A DNA stretch of 36,960 nucleotides from a virus (IMGVR_UViG_3300006810_000012:1-36960), one strand, 5' to 3'; shown: positions 16,281 to 26,808, counted from the stretch's first letter. The notes: generated from the sequence alone by a model not told the origin. A program made the numbers and translations.

Positions 16281-18077
16281 ATGATGCGCAGGGCTGGAAA
16301 TTCACGCGCACAGGTTACATCAACCGAGACATTCCCCGCGCCGTCTAGCGGCTGGGTTCAGTCCGGCAACATTGTGACGGCTGGTATGGATCAGGCAGAA
16401 GTGCTTGATAACTTCATTCCGACAGCACAGGGTGCAAGGATGCGTGGCGGCGCGTCTGAACACGCAGATATTGGTGCGGCGGCTGTCCGCATGATGCACT
16501 ATTCATCTGGTGGCGTTGATGACTTCTTTGCAGGCACAGAAACGGCCATATTTGACGTTGACCGCATTTCAGGCGGCGGCAGCAATGCCTTTGGCGATGT
16601 TGAGGGCTTAACGTCAGGCGATTGGACATTCGGGCAGATAGCCACGGCGGGCGGGCAATTTATGGTCTGCGCCAATGGTAGCGATTATGTCCACTATTGG
16701 GATGGGTCAAACTTCAACCCGATTACAGATGAAGCTATCTTTGATCTTGGGTTTGATGCGCAGACTGGTGCATTTACCGTTGGCTCTACACTAACGGGCG
16801 GCACGTCAGGCGCGACAGCGGAAATCCTTGGCGTCACAAAGACCAGCACAACGGCTGGCACATTGCGTCTAGGGGCTATTACAGGCACGTTTCAGGATAA
16901 TGAGACAATCACCGACGCGGCGACAGGTTCAGCAACAGAGGACGGTGTATCGGCTGCGGGGTCCACTGTAGCTATAACGGGCGTTGATACGTCTACACTA
17001 TCGCAGGTTTGGAACTTCAAAGAACGCTTTTTCTTTGTTGAAAAGGACACCGCTAATGTCTGGTATTTGCCGACAGAAAGCATCGGCGGCGCGGCGCTAG
17101 AGTTTCCGTTGGGTTCAGTATTCGGGCGCGGCGGTTCCGTTTTATTCGGTGCAACATGGTCACTGGATAGCGGGTCCGGCATGGATGACGTTTGCTTGTT
17201 TGTATCAGATCAGGGCGAGGTGGCCGTGTATGAAGGCTCGAACCCTTCCAGCGTTTCCACATGGTCGCTTGTGGGTGTCTATGAAATCGGCAGGCCGTTA
17301 AATAAGCATGGGCATTTCAGGGCGGGCGGCGATTTGGCTGTGCTGACCGAAGATGGCATTATCCCCATTTCCGAGGCTTTGAAAAAAGACCGGGCGGCGC
17401 TGCAAACCGTAGCTATTTCCTATCCGATCGAGGACGCATGGAAATCCGCAATCGCAAACCGCACAATTTCTTATCCCATTTCTGTGTCTCTTTGGCAGTC
17501 GCAAACCCTGCTCTTGATCGGCACACCCGCCAAGGTTGACGGGCTTAACGTGTCTTTCGCAGCTAACGCCAGAACTGGCGCATGGGCGCGGTTTACAGGT
17601 TGGGACGTGCGGTCAACTATCGTTGTCGCAGATCAGCTTTATTTTGCAGACAACACGGGCAAGATATTCAAGGCAGACAACGGCGGGCTTGATGACGGCG
17701 CGTCCTATACCTGCAAGTATGTCGGCAAGTTTAGCCCATCTGACCAAGTGCGGGCCGCTAACGCTGTTGGCATTACCTACAGGGCTGTGTCAGAGATTCC
17801 TGTAACCCTAGACGCTATGTCAGATTACAACGTGACGGAATTAGACGCTCCTAGCCCGATTGCGAATAGCAGTTTTTCAACTTGGGGAACGGGCGTATGG
17901 GGGACATTCGTTTGGGGTGACACAGGAACGCCCGCGACGTTCACAACGTGGCAATCGGCCTATGCTGTTGGGTATTCCCTAGCCCCTGCTGTTGAGTTCA
18001 CCAGCAACGAGACAACCAAGCCTGATGTGGAAATCCTAATGATGCGGGTTCGCAGTGAGCGGGGGTATGCGCTGTGA
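16281..18077 (+). CDS. Tail nozzle/stabilisation protein (tubular protein B or P22 gp10-like)
   Basis: 598 aa beta-rich; PAP..GW, LDNF.P, W....WG C-terminal motif. Confidence 0.75.
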   Translation: MMRRAGNSRAQVTSTETFPAPSSGWVQSGNIVTAGMDQAEVLDNFIPTAQGARMRGGASEHADIGAAAVRMMHYSSGGVDDFFAGTETAIFDVDRISGGGSNAFGDVEGLTSGDWTFGQIATAGGQFMVCANGSDYVHYWDGSNFNPITDEAIFDLGFDAQTGAFTVGSTLTGGTSGATAEILGVTKTSTTAGTLRLGAITGTFQDNETITDAATGSATEDGVSAAGSTVAITGVDTSTLSQVWNFKERFFFVEKDTANVWYLPTESIGGAALEFPLGSVFGRGGSVLFGATWSLDSGSGMDDVCLFVSDQGEVAVYEGSNPSSVSTWSLVGVYEIGRPLNKHGHFRAGGDLAVLTEDGIIPISEALKKDRAALQTVAISYPIEDAWKSAIANRTISYPISVSLWQSQTLLLIGTPAKVDGLNVSFAANARTGAWARFTGWDVRSTIVVADQLYFADNTGKIFKADNGGLDDGASYTCKYVGKFSPSDQVRAANAVGITYRAVSEIPVTLDAMSDYNVTELDAPSPIANSSFSTWGTGVWGTFVWGDTGTPATFTTWQSAYAVGYSLAPAVEFTSNETTKPDVEILMMRVRSERGYAL

Positions 18078-18535
18078 CTTATGAAATAAACCTAGAGCGC
18101 GGCGATTTGAACTATGACGAATTAGAGCCGAATTATCGCAGCCACTATGCTGAAATGAAAGCAAGGCTTGAAAGCGACGGCCTGACAGTTAGCGACTACA
18201 ACCCGCGCCTTGAGCAGTATTTTCAGTCATTCAAAGACGGGTGGCTGTTAAATTATGTTGTTAGAAAAGACGGCGTGGCCGTTGGTCATGCAAACGTATA
18301 TTTGACAAATGACATGCATAATGGGGATTTCATTGCATCTGAGGACGTTTTGTATATAATGCCAGAGCATAGAAACGGCATCGGCAAAACGCTTGTAAAG
18401 TATATTATGGCTGATTTAGACGCTAGAGGCGTCAAGCGCATACTCATCACTCCTGTCACGGACTTGAGGGTTGCGAAAATTTGGAGACGTATGGGCTTCA
18501 AAGATGTAGCAAACCTAATGACATATGAGTTTTAA
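18074..18535 (+). CDS. GNAT-family acetyltransferase
   Basis: LYIMPEHRNGIGKTL acetyl-CoA motif; WRRMGF. Confidence 0.8.
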   Translation: MTYEINLERGDLNYDELEPNYRSHYAEMKARLESDGLTVSDYNPRLEQYFQSFKDGWLLNYVVRKDGVAVGHANVYLTNDMHNGDFIASEDVLYIMPEHRNGIGKTLVKYIMADLDARGVKRILITPVTDLRVAKIWRRMGFKDVANLMTYEF

Positions 18536-18537
18536 AA

Positions 18538-19524
18538 ATGTGCGCACCATCAGCACCCAAGCCACCCGATCCGATGGAAACATCAGCGGCGCAAACTGGC
18601 ACCAACATCGGCACGGCCATTGCGAACAACACAATGGGCATGGTCAATCAGGTAACGCCTGACGGATCACTAACCTATGAAACGACAGGCACACAGTCTT
18701 ATACTGACCCCTACACCGGGCAAACGTATGACTTGCCACAGTACACGGCCACAACCGCGCTTTCGCCAGAGCAGCAAGCTATTCAGGCGCAGAACCAAGC
18801 AGCGCAGCTAAACCTTGCCAGCACGGCCAACGAGCGTTCCGATTTTCTGAAAAGCTACCTACCCGGCACAGAGGCTGTTACAGACCAAATCGACAGCAAG
18901 CTGTACGATATGGGGTCACAGCGGCTAGACCCGCGTTTTCAGCAGCAGGAAAGCGACTTGCGGTCACGTCTTGCGCAGCAGGGCATTACGCCGGGTTCCG
19001 AGGCTTTCAACCGCGAAATGACGAATATGTCGCAAGGCCGCAATGACGCCTATAACCAGCTTATGCTGTCTGGGCGCGGTCAGGCTTTGGCCGAGGTCAA
19101 CCAACCGATTAACCAAATCACGGCGCTGTTGTCTGGTTCGCAGGTTTCCAATCCAAACGTTAGCATGGCGCAGCCTGCACAGGCCGCTACAACGGATAAC
19201 GCTGGAATAATTAACAACGCTTACGGGCAGCAGATGAACGCTTGGCAGCAAAACCAGCAGAGCCGTAACGGCCTGTTAGGTGGATTGTTCGACGCTGGTG
19301 GCTCGTTGGGCAGCGCAGCTATTATGGCATCTGACGCGCGTTTAAAATCAGACATTGTACGCACAGGCGAAATCAACGGCCCTGGCGTCTATGAATATCG
19401 CTATCTTGGCAGCGCATCGCCTCAAGTTGGCTTGATGGCGCAAGAGGTTATTAAGACCAAACCGCACGCGGTCATTATTCGTGATGGATATGCAGAGGTG
19501 AATTACTTGGAGGCTCTTGCATAA
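18538..19524 (+). CDS. Ejection/pilot protein with C-terminal peptidase S74 (intramolecular chaperone) domain
   Basis: Gln/Asn/Ala-rich; SDARLKSDI...Y.YRY...GLMAQEV....P.AV...VNY. Confidence 0.75.
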   Translation: MCAPSAPKPPDPMETSAAQTGTNIGTAIANNTMGMVNQVTPDGSLTYETTGTQSYTDPYTGQTYDLPQYTATTALSPEQQAIQAQNQAAQLNLASTANERSDFLKSYLPGTEAVTDQIDSKLYDMGSQRLDPRFQQQESDLRSRLAQQGITPGSEAFNREMTNMSQGRNDAYNQLMLSGRGQALAEVNQPINQITALLSGSQVSNPNVSMAQPAQAATTDNAGIINNAYGQQMNAWQQNQQSRNGLLGGLFDAGGSLGSAAIMASDARLKSDIVRTGEINGPGVYEYRYLGSASPQVGLMAQEVIKTKPHAVIIRDGYAEVNYLEALA

Positions 19525-21290
19525 TGGCAGGTTTCATTTTCGGCGGCGACACTGGAATGACATACGAGCAGGTCCAGCGAAATCGCAAAATAGCAGATCA
19601 GCTTATGGCAGGCTCTGGGCGTTCGCGCAATGTCGGTGAAGGCATTGGTTCGTTTGCCAAGCAAATCAGCGGCGCTTTAATCGGTCGCAAGGCTGACAAG
19701 CGCGATGATGCTTTGCGGGCCGAGAGCGAGGACTTGTGGAACACCACATTTGGCGGCGGCTTTAACGGTGGCGGTTCGTCTGCTGCTACGCCTCCCCCAT
19801 ACAGCGCAGCACCCCCGCCCGTATCGACAGCACCCCTGCCGACAGAGGGCGACTTGCTAGGCAATGACGCAATGGCGGCTATCGGGCGCACGCCGAATAA
19901 TCCGACAGACGCGGCTGGACGCATTCGCGCAGGTCTAACCGAGCGCGGGCTGCCACCACACGTTGCAGACGCCTTTGTGATGAACTTCCAAGACGAAAGC
20001 GGCCTTGACGCTGGTATCAATGAGATTGAGCCAACTGTTCCGGGTTCGCGCGGTGGCTTTGGGCTTGCACAGTGGACAGGACCACGGCGCAGGGAACTTG
20101 AAGCGTTCGCGCAGCAGCGCGGAATGCCAGTGAATGATGAAAACCTGCAAATGGATTTTCTCATGCAAGAATTGCAAGGCTCAGAAAGCAACGCTGCGCA
20201 AAACATTATGTCTTCGCGCGATGCGCCAACGGCGGCGGCTGCTATCGTTAATGATTTTCTACGTCCTGCAGAGGTCAACAGGGCCAAGCGTGAGGCGCAG
20301 TACACAGGCGGCGCGCCCACCACACAAGGCGGTCAAGGCGGCGGTCCTAACGTCAGCACACAGCAGATTGTTGAACTTCTAAGCAACCCATACATTCGCC
20401 AAGACCCTGCCAAGTCAGCGGTATTGCAAAGCCTGTTGCAGCAGAACATGCAAGGCCAAGACCCAATGCGGGCGCTTGAAATGGAGCGGGCGCAGTTGGA
20501 ATTGGAAGCGTTGCGCAATCCGCAAGCGGACCCATGGGCGAATACACAAGTTATCAACGACCAAATTGTGACAATGCAAAACGGTCAGCCGCAAGTCATC
20601 GCAGACCTTGCGGACCCGCCTAAACCAGAAGTGCCAACGACCAAAAACGTCACACTGGATGACGGGTCAGAGGTTTTGGTGCAATGGAACCCAGAAACTA
20701 GGGTCTGGGACCCGGCACCTATTCCAGAGGGCGGAACAACTGGATCGGGCGGTAATCCTAACCTTACGGAAGGCCAAAGCAAGCTGACATTGTTTCAGAC
20801 GCTGCAAACGGAAACGCAGCCTGTCCTTCTTTCGCTTGAAGAACAGTTTAACCCTGCAAACCTTGGCGACCCGGCTAAGGCGCGGATACCAATTGCGGGA
20901 AACTATTTTACAAGCCCAGAATACCAAATGTACCAAACAGCCGCATCGGCATGGGCCGAGGGTGCTTTGCGTATTGCTACGGGCGCAGCAGCAACGCAGC
21001 CTGAAATTGAGCGCAATATAAAGACATACTTTGCACAGCCGGGCGACACGCCGCAGACGGTTGCGTTTAAGGCGCAGATGCGTGAAATGTACAGCCGCGC
21101 TGTAAATAATGCTCTTGGTGCGCCGAGTGACGGCGGAAGCCTGCACATTCCAACGCCAGAAGCCTTTGCAGAGCAGGTAGGTGGGCCTGATGCGGGCGGC
21201 GATACAGACGCAGCAAATGTTCCAGAAGGCATTGACCCCGCTATATGGGCAGTAATGACACCAGAGGAAAAAGCGCTATGGCAGAACTAA
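19524..21290 (+). CDS. Ejection protein with phage-tail lysozyme domain
   Basis: MNFQDESG...GFGLAQWTG.RR..L..FA...Q.DFL..EL (Phage_lysozyme2 pattern); C-terminal YF.QPGD. Confidence 0.8.
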   Translation: MAGFIFGGDTGMTYEQVQRNRKIADQLMAGSGRSRNVGEGIGSFAKQISGALIGRKADKRDDALRAESEDLWNTTFGGGFNGGGSSAATPPPYSAAPPPVSTAPLPTEGDLLGNDAMAAIGRTPNNPTDAAGRIRAGLTERGLPPHVADAFVMNFQDESGLDAGINEIEPTVPGSRGGFGLAQWTGPRRRELEAFAQQRGMPVNDENLQMDFLMQELQGSESNAAQNIMSSRDAPTAAAAIVNDFLRPAEVNRAKREAQYTGGAPTTQGGQGGGPNVSTQQIVELLSNPYIRQDPAKSAVLQSLLQQNMQGQDPMRALEMERAQLELEALRNPQADPWANTQVINDQIVTMQNGQPQVIADLADPPKPEVPTTKNVTLDDGSEVLVQWNPETRVWDPAPIPEGGTTGSGGNPNLTEGQSKLTLFQTLQTETQPVLLSLEEQFNPANLGDPAKARIPIAGNYFTSPEYQMYQTAASAWAEGALRIATGAAATQPEIERNIKTYFAQPGDTPQTVAFKAQMREMYSRAVNNALGAPSDGGSLHIPTPEAFAEQVGGPDAGGDTDAANVPEGIDPAIWAVMTPEEKALWQN

Positions 21291-23329
21291 CGCAAGAGCA
21301 AAAGCGCGTTTTGGCTGTAGCGCAAGCCCGCGCAAGGCTGGCAGCATCGCCCGAAGCGCAGCCAGCACCCCCACAGGAACGCACGTTCAAAGATGCAGTT
21401 TATGATAATATCATCGGCAACCCCGATGATGGCGTAAACTCATTTGGTGAGCGCGTTGGCACTTGGCTAAACCGAGCGGGTGAAAGTGCAACCCTTGGCG
21501 TGGTTGGCGATGAGGCATCGGCGGCGGCTACTGGTCTGTTGCCGGGCCGTAGCTATGAGGGCGAACTAGAGCGATACCGCGAAAACGAAGAAAACATGTC
21601 AGGCTTTGGCAGGCTTTCTGCTGACTTGTCTGGCGGCATTATCCCTGCCTTTGCTGGAGTTGGCGCTGTAGCCAAAGCCCCTACGGTTATGCGTGCCATT
21701 GGGCGCGGCCTTGGTTTAGGCGCGGGCGCGGGCGCTACGCAGGGCTTTATGGAAGGCGAGGGCGACGTAAACAACCGCGTGCAGTCAGGCGCTATGGGCG
21801 CAACTATCGGCGGCGTTCTTGGCGGTGCAATACCTGCTGCGGGTGCTTTAGGTTCGCAACTGGTGCGCGGCGTAAAGGGTGCTGCACGAAATTCGGCGGT
21901 GGGGAGGTCTATTGGTGAGGCGTTAAACGCTTCCCCGCAAACAGGCCGCATTGCTAGTCGATTGATTGGCGAGGGAAACCCAAACGATATGGCTGCAACG
22001 CTGCAACGCTCTGGCCCATCAGCGATGCTTGCAGACGCAACGCCCGGAACGGCAGGAATGCTTGATGCTACAATGCGCAACCCTGCGCCGGGTGCTGCAC
22101 TTGCACGGGGCCGCGTAGACCAGCGGGCCAGCCAGTCCTATTACAATGTCGTTGACGCTCTTGCGGGCGGTCAGCAGGGTCCAAGAATGCCACCCGTTGC
22201 GAACCAGACGGCACGCAGGACAGGGGCGCGGGCGACTATCAACCCGTTATATCAAAAAGCATACGACACACCAATAAACTACGACACGCCAGAGGGGCGG
22301 GCCGTAGAGGATATTCTAACACGCGCACCGCGCGGAATGGTGCGTGACGCTGTTAAAAAAGCGCAAGACAGAATGATTTATGACGGGTTCCCAGATCAGC
22401 AGATTATGGCGCGGTTTGCGGACGATGGGTCTGTGACGTTTGACGAAATGCCAAACACCATGATGGCGGATTACATAAAGCGGGCTTTTGATGAAGTGGC
22501 TGAGGATAGCAAAGACGCTATCACTGGCGCTATGTCGTCAGAAGGGCAGTTTGCAAACCGTGTTGCGCGTGACTTGCGCGGCGCTCTTGCTGATGCTGTC
22601 CCCGGTTACGATGAGGCGCTAAGTGCAGCGTCAACAGATATTCGCGGACGCGCAGCGGTCAGAACTGGTCAATCACTGTTGCGCCCCAATACGACAGTCG
22701 AGGAAATCAGCGAGGCCATTGCAGACGCTACGCCAGCAGAATTGCGGGCAATGCGTGAAGGCGTAATGGGCCAGATTGAGCATATTATGGGCAATGTTCG
22801 CGCGGCGGCAACAGACCAGAACGTTGACGCGCGGCAAGCTATGAAGCTATTTGGCGACCTTTCGTCCCCCAATTCTAAGCAAAAGATGCGGGCGCTATTC
22901 GGGGATCAGTTCGACGCCATTTCACAACAGCTTGATGAAGCGGGCGCTGCATTGCGTTTACGTTCCGGCGTAGCATCTAACAGCGCCACACAGCCGCGCA
23001 TGGCAGCAGACCAGATGATTAGCGAAGAAGTAGCGCCCGGCGCGGTTCGCAGCCTCCAGCCGCTTCAAAGTGCGCGTGAATTAGGACAGCGTGCGCTAGG
23101 GTCTGACCCTGCCTCTGTCGCGCGATTGTCTGACGATGTTAAAGGTGAACTTGCCGACCTGCTGTCACGCCCCGGCGGCGCACAAAACTTATCGTCTATC
23201 GTTCAAGCCTTGAGCGCAAACCCAATGCGGGCAAACGTAGGGCGCGGAACAAACCGAGCCATAACTGGCGCAGGGTTTACGGGACTGCCGACAGTGACTG
23301 ATGCGCTGCGTAGGCGATTACCGCAATGA
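21278..23329 (+). CDS. Large ejection (DNA transfer) protein
   Basis: Ala/Gly-rich membrane-like segments followed by a helical domain; position in the injection module. Confidence 0.7.
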   Translation: MAELTQEQKRVLAVAQARARLAASPEAQPAPPQERTFKDAVYDNIIGNPDDGVNSFGERVGTWLNRAGESATLGVVGDEASAAATGLLPGRSYEGELERYRENEENMSGFGRLSADLSGGIIPAFAGVGAVAKAPTVMRAIGRGLGLGAGAGATQGFMEGEGDVNNRVQSGAMGATIGGVLGGAIPAAGALGSQLVRGVKGAARNSAVGRSIGEALNASPQTGRIASRLIGEGNPNDMAATLQRSGPSAMLADATPGTAGMLDATMRNPAPGAALARGRVDQRASQSYYNVVDALAGGQQGPRMPPVANQTARRTGARATINPLYQKAYDTPINYDTPEGRAVEDILTRAPRGMVRDAVKKAQDRMIYDGFPDQQIMARFADDGSVTFDEMPNTMMADYIKRAFDEVAEDSKDAITGAMSSEGQFANRVARDLRGALADAVPGYDEALSAASTDIRGRAAVRTGQSLLRPNTTVEEISEAIADATPAELRAMREGVMGQIEHIMGNVRAAATDQNVDARQAMKLFGDLSSPNSKQKMRALFGDQFDAISQQLDEAGAALRLRSGVASNSATQPRMAADQMISEEVAPGAVRSLQPLQSARELGQRALGSDPASVARLSDDVKGELADLLSRPGGAQNLSSIVQALSANPMRANVGRGTNRAITGAGFTGLPTVTDALRRRLPQ

Positions 23330-23465
23330 CGGCAAAAATGAAAAGCAACGCGGCAAGATTTGACAACGGCGGCACGGGTGCAGCAATCTGTCTAAGGTTC
23401 CAGACAAATGCCGCTGTGATGAAGTTTCCGAGCAGGACTGCTAAAAGAATAACTGAAATATCCAT
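23277..23465 (-). CDS. 62-aa two-TM membrane protein (candidate superinfection exclusion)
   Basis: MDISVILLAVLLGNFITAAFVW...LAALLFIFAVIAVIAY; fills the gap between ejection genes; TTGACA upstream on the minus strand. Confidence 0.55.
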   Translation of the reverse strand: MDISVILLAVLLGNFITAAFVWNLRQIAAPVPPLSNLAALLFIFAVIAVIAYAAHQSLSAVP

Positions 23466-23511
23466 ATCTTTTATTTCAGCATTACAGCCCGAAATGTCAA
23501 GGTAAAGCGCG

Positions 23512-25551
23512 ATGGAGAGAGAACCAAGACAGCGACAGCAGGCAGCAGCGGCGGCGCGTAATCCAGCGGCTAGCCAATCTGCAAGCATTTTTGACATGCC
23601 TAACGCGCAGTTTCTGGGCGCTCTTGAGGAATTGCGCGGGCAGGGTATGCCACAGGACCGCATTGACGACCTGAAACGGCAGTATCGTTCCGCGAATAGC
23701 CCGATGGCACCACTTAACGAGGCTGCGGCTACTGCACGGCAAGAGGCTGACGCAGGCGGGCGCAAGTCTGTCATGGGCGGCATGTTCACGAAAGACGCAG
23801 GGGCGACTGGAATGGACGCTGTGCGGTCTATGCAGCCTTCACTCACAGCGGGCTTGCTAGGGGCGCTGCAAGGCGGCGGTCAGGCTATCGACGCACCTAT
23901 GGCAGCGGCACAGGGGCTTATCCCACAAGGCGACATGGCACTTGAGGCGCTAGGCACTGCGGGCGCAGCTATGACGGGCGGTGGTGCTGCTGTTGCGCCA
24001 CGGGGATCTTTGCGCATGGGCTTGGCGCTAAATGAAAAGGATATGTTCCACGGCACACCTGATGTACGCGGCCTTCGCACTGCGGGCGCATTCGATCAGA
24101 TGACGGAGGGAACGCAGAGAATATCAGACCTAGACGCATGGCGCAGGCTTGGTCAGCAAATTGACGAGGTTGGGCCATCCACACCAGAGGGCATTGACTT
24201 AACTATTGCTAGGTCAAATCTGCTAGAGCAGCAAAGGGTGAATAAGCCTGTATTTGCTACGCCGGATAGACAGATGGCGGCAACCTATGCAGACGACACT
24301 AGGGCTTTTGATTATCAAAACGCAGAGCCTGCTATTGTATCCATGCGGTCAAACCCGCAGCGCATTCTGGACATAAACGCGGGCGGCGCAGACTTTCGCG
24401 GCATTGACTTGGACCGAGTAAAAAAAGGCTTTCGTGAGGCGGGCATTCCTGACGCGGACATAGAAGATGCGCTCAATAGGTACATTGTCGCTCCGCGCAG
24501 TGATGGCAAGCTGTCCACCAATGACCTTAGCGCAGTTTCGCAAAGTCTGGGTTTTGACGCTGTTGATGTGGCTAACGTCCGCGATGCTTACAATAACAAC
24601 GGCAGATCAACGCCGGGAACTGTTCGCATGGCATTCAACAGCGATCAAATAGACGTTGGCGATATGCAAATGCTTGCCAACGCCGACACCAGCGGCGGCT
24701 TACTCGCCACGGCTGCTAGTGATGCGCTAACACCTTCACAGCAAATGGCACGCCGCATTTTAGACATGCGTGCTGCTGGACGTGCAAGCGAAGTGACCGA
24801 CGACATGATGGCGCAGGCTGACCCGCAGGTGATGTTTAACGAAACGCCGCTGCCAATGGACGTTGATAGCAGGGACGCGCGTAGGCTGGCGGCTGGTTTT
24901 AATACTGGTGCTTTTCATGGCGGGCGCGGCGGGTACGACAGGCTTGACCCTGAAATGGCGGACGGAAAGACATATGACACTGGCACTTGGGCCGCTGATG
25001 ACCCTGATATTTCGGCAACTTACAATGGCAGTGTTTTTGACGGCACACAGGCCACTTACCCACTTAGATTGCGGACGCAAAACTATGGCGTGACTGATTG
25101 GGAAAATAACGCATGGGGCGACGGGAACCAGCAAGCGCGTATGCTAAACCCAAATGAACCACGGCCTCAGAAGTTTGGCGATATTTATGAAGATTGGCAA
25201 AGCTGGGCCAGCACTGACAACGCAGCGAGAGCGGCCAACGAGCAGGGCTTAGATGGTTTGCGCATAAATAACGTGGTTGATATTGGGCCTAACATCTTCT
25301 CAAGGGCGAACAAAACGCGGCCATTGCCCGAAACTGGCACAAGTTTTTCGATAACAAACCCTACCACAGCGCGTAGCGACTTCGCCCGCTTTGACCCAGA
25401 GTTTGCGCATCTAAGCAATCTAAGCGCGGCTAATGCATCGCCCACAGCAGGCGCGTTGGCATCAATAGGCGAAGATGATACAGAAGCAAGAAAACGTGAT
25501 ATAGTGCGCAAACTAATGCCTAGCGCCCAAAACATTATAAGGAGACAGTAA
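23512..25551 (+). CDS. Putative injected protein with two ADP-ribosyltransferase-like (ART-PolyVal-type) domains
   Basis: FHGT..VFATPD...A.TYA..GFDAV...NVRD and FHGG..GTWAADD...S.TY..GLDGL...NVVD..FARFDP. Confidence 0.65.
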   Translation: MEREPRQRQQAAAAARNPAASQSASIFDMPNAQFLGALEELRGQGMPQDRIDDLKRQYRSANSPMAPLNEAAATARQEADAGGRKSVMGGMFTKDAGATGMDAVRSMQPSLTAGLLGALQGGGQAIDAPMAAAQGLIPQGDMALEALGTAGAAMTGGGAAVAPRGSLRMGLALNEKDMFHGTPDVRGLRTAGAFDQMTEGTQRISDLDAWRRLGQQIDEVGPSTPEGIDLTIARSNLLEQQRVNKPVFATPDRQMAATYADDTRAFDYQNAEPAIVSMRSNPQRILDINAGGADFRGIDLDRVKKGFREAGIPDADIEDALNRYIVAPRSDGKLSTNDLSAVSQSLGFDAVDVANVRDAYNNNGRSTPGTVRMAFNSDQIDVGDMQMLANADTSGGLLATAASDALTPSQQMARRILDMRAAGRASEVTDDMMAQADPQVMFNETPLPMDVDSRDARRLAAGFNTGAFHGGRGGYDRLDPEMADGKTYDTGTWAADDPDISATYNGSVFDGTQATYPLRLRTQNYGVTDWENNAWGDGNQQARMLNPNEPRPQKFGDIYEDWQSWASTDNAARAANEQGLDGLRINNVVDIGPNIFSRANKTRPLPETGTSFSITNPTTARSDFARFDPEFAHLSNLSAANASPTAGALASIGEDDTEARKRDIVRKLMPSAQNIIRRQ

Positions 25552-26373
25552 ATGCCAAGAAACGGTAGCGGCGTCTATAGCCTTCCGGGCGGTAGCACAA
25601 TCACAAACGGCGATACGTCAGATGCGTCTGACCTGAATACGCCACTCGCTGACCTTGTGTCAGATGCAAACGCAGCGCGGCCTATTGTTGCGGGCGGTAC
25701 GGGTGCTGTAAGCGCATCAGCAGCTTTGGTCAATCTTGGCCTGACTGCCACGGCGGCTGAAATCAACTTGTTGGACGGCGCAACGCTTGATGTGTCAGCG
25801 GTTACGGCCACGGCTACGGAGTTAAACGCACTGGACGGCATCACGGCGACTGTAACAGAGTTGAATTATACGGACGGCGTTACTTCTAACATTCAAACGC
25901 AGCTAAACGCCAAAGCACCGACAGCAAGCCCGACATTCACAGGCGTTCCAGCGGCACCAACAGCAGCGACAGGGACCGACACCACACAGGTTGCAACAAC
26001 GGCATACGTGGTTGATGAAATACCAAACCAGTTAAACGCAACAGGCACTGCGCCTATTTTTGCTTGCCGCGCTTGGGGTTTGGTGGATGCATCATCGGGA
26101 ACGCCAGTTGTATCTGGTAGCGGGAATGTCGCCAGTATTACAGATTTAGGCGTAGGCACGTTTCAGGTGAACTTTACTACAGCAATGACCAGCGCAAACT
26201 ATGCGGTGATTGGCTCAGCAAAGGGCGTAGATGACATAAACACAACACCATCTAATAGAACTATACTTTTGCCGTACTCATTAAGTACCACATCTTTCAG
26301 ATTTGTTATCACAGAGGCATCATCCAACGCCCCAACTGATGCCGCAGTGATAACCTTTGCTGTGTTTGGTTAG
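25552..26373 (+). CDS. Tail fibre/spike protein
   Basis: MPRNGSGVYSLP anchor, TAT..E.N..DG repeats, SPTFTG.P.APTA..T.TTQVATTAYV, RAW...NV.SITD.G.G tip. Confidence 0.85.
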   Translation: MPRNGSGVYSLPGGSTITNGDTSDASDLNTPLADLVSDANAARPIVAGGTGAVSASAALVNLGLTATAAEINLLDGATLDVSAVTATATELNALDGITATVTELNYTDGVTSNIQTQLNAKAPTASPTFTGVPAAPTAATGTDTTQVATTAYVVDEIPNQLNATGTAPIFACRAWGLVDASSGTPVVSGSGNVASITDLGVGTFQVNFTTAMTSANYAVIGSAKGVDDINTTPSNRTILLPYSLSTTSFRFVITEASSNAPTDAAVITFAVFG

Positions 26374-26376
26374 AAC

Positions 26377-26709
26377 ATGACCGCTGACACAAAGCTAATC
26401 GGTTTCTGGACGGTTCTAGCCTTCCTGCTGTTAGCGCCATTAATGGCGGTAGCTTATGCCTCCTATGCTTTGCTGTATTGGCTTGATGCTAGGGCAAAGT
26501 GGGCAGCTTATATTTGGCTTGTCCCCTTTGCTTTCATCAACACGCTGCACAACTGGACGATTTGCACTGTGTTGTTTCGAGAGTTTCCCCGTAGCTTTTT
26601 TACAACGCCACGGCTAAAGAAGTGGAAGACTTCAAGCGATCCGTCACGGCGTGAATTGGCGGACATGATTGGCGGCTTTCTAAATACGCACGATGAAGGC
26701 CACTATTGA
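26377..26709 (+). CDS. Membrane protein
   Basis: Two hydrophobic segments; C-terminal D.GH motif. Confidence 0.65.
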   Translation: MTADTKLIGFWTVLAFLLLAPLMAVAYASYALLYWLDARAKWAAYIWLVPFAFINTLHNWTICTVLFREFPRSFFTTPRLKKWKTSSDPSRRELADMIGGFLNTHDEGHY

Positions 26710-26808
26710 CGTATGAAATTTAACGCATTTAGGTGCAGAAATAATACATGTACAATGGCAGGGCGCTAACTTTTGCGCACATTTAATGCAATATGAGAAA
26801 CGTGTAAG

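Noticed and set aside
19598-20323. Long antisense ORFs within structural genes (also 3212-3913, 11033-11617, 15175-15795, 21553-22080, and 32096-32707 on the + strand)
   Set aside because: Shadow frames of well-supported genes, with no motifs or RBS
25740-25880. Short repeats in the tail fibre gene as a DGR or CRISPR-like array
   Set aside because: These are degenerate protein-level repeats (TAT..E.N..DG); no reverse transcriptase or spacer structure
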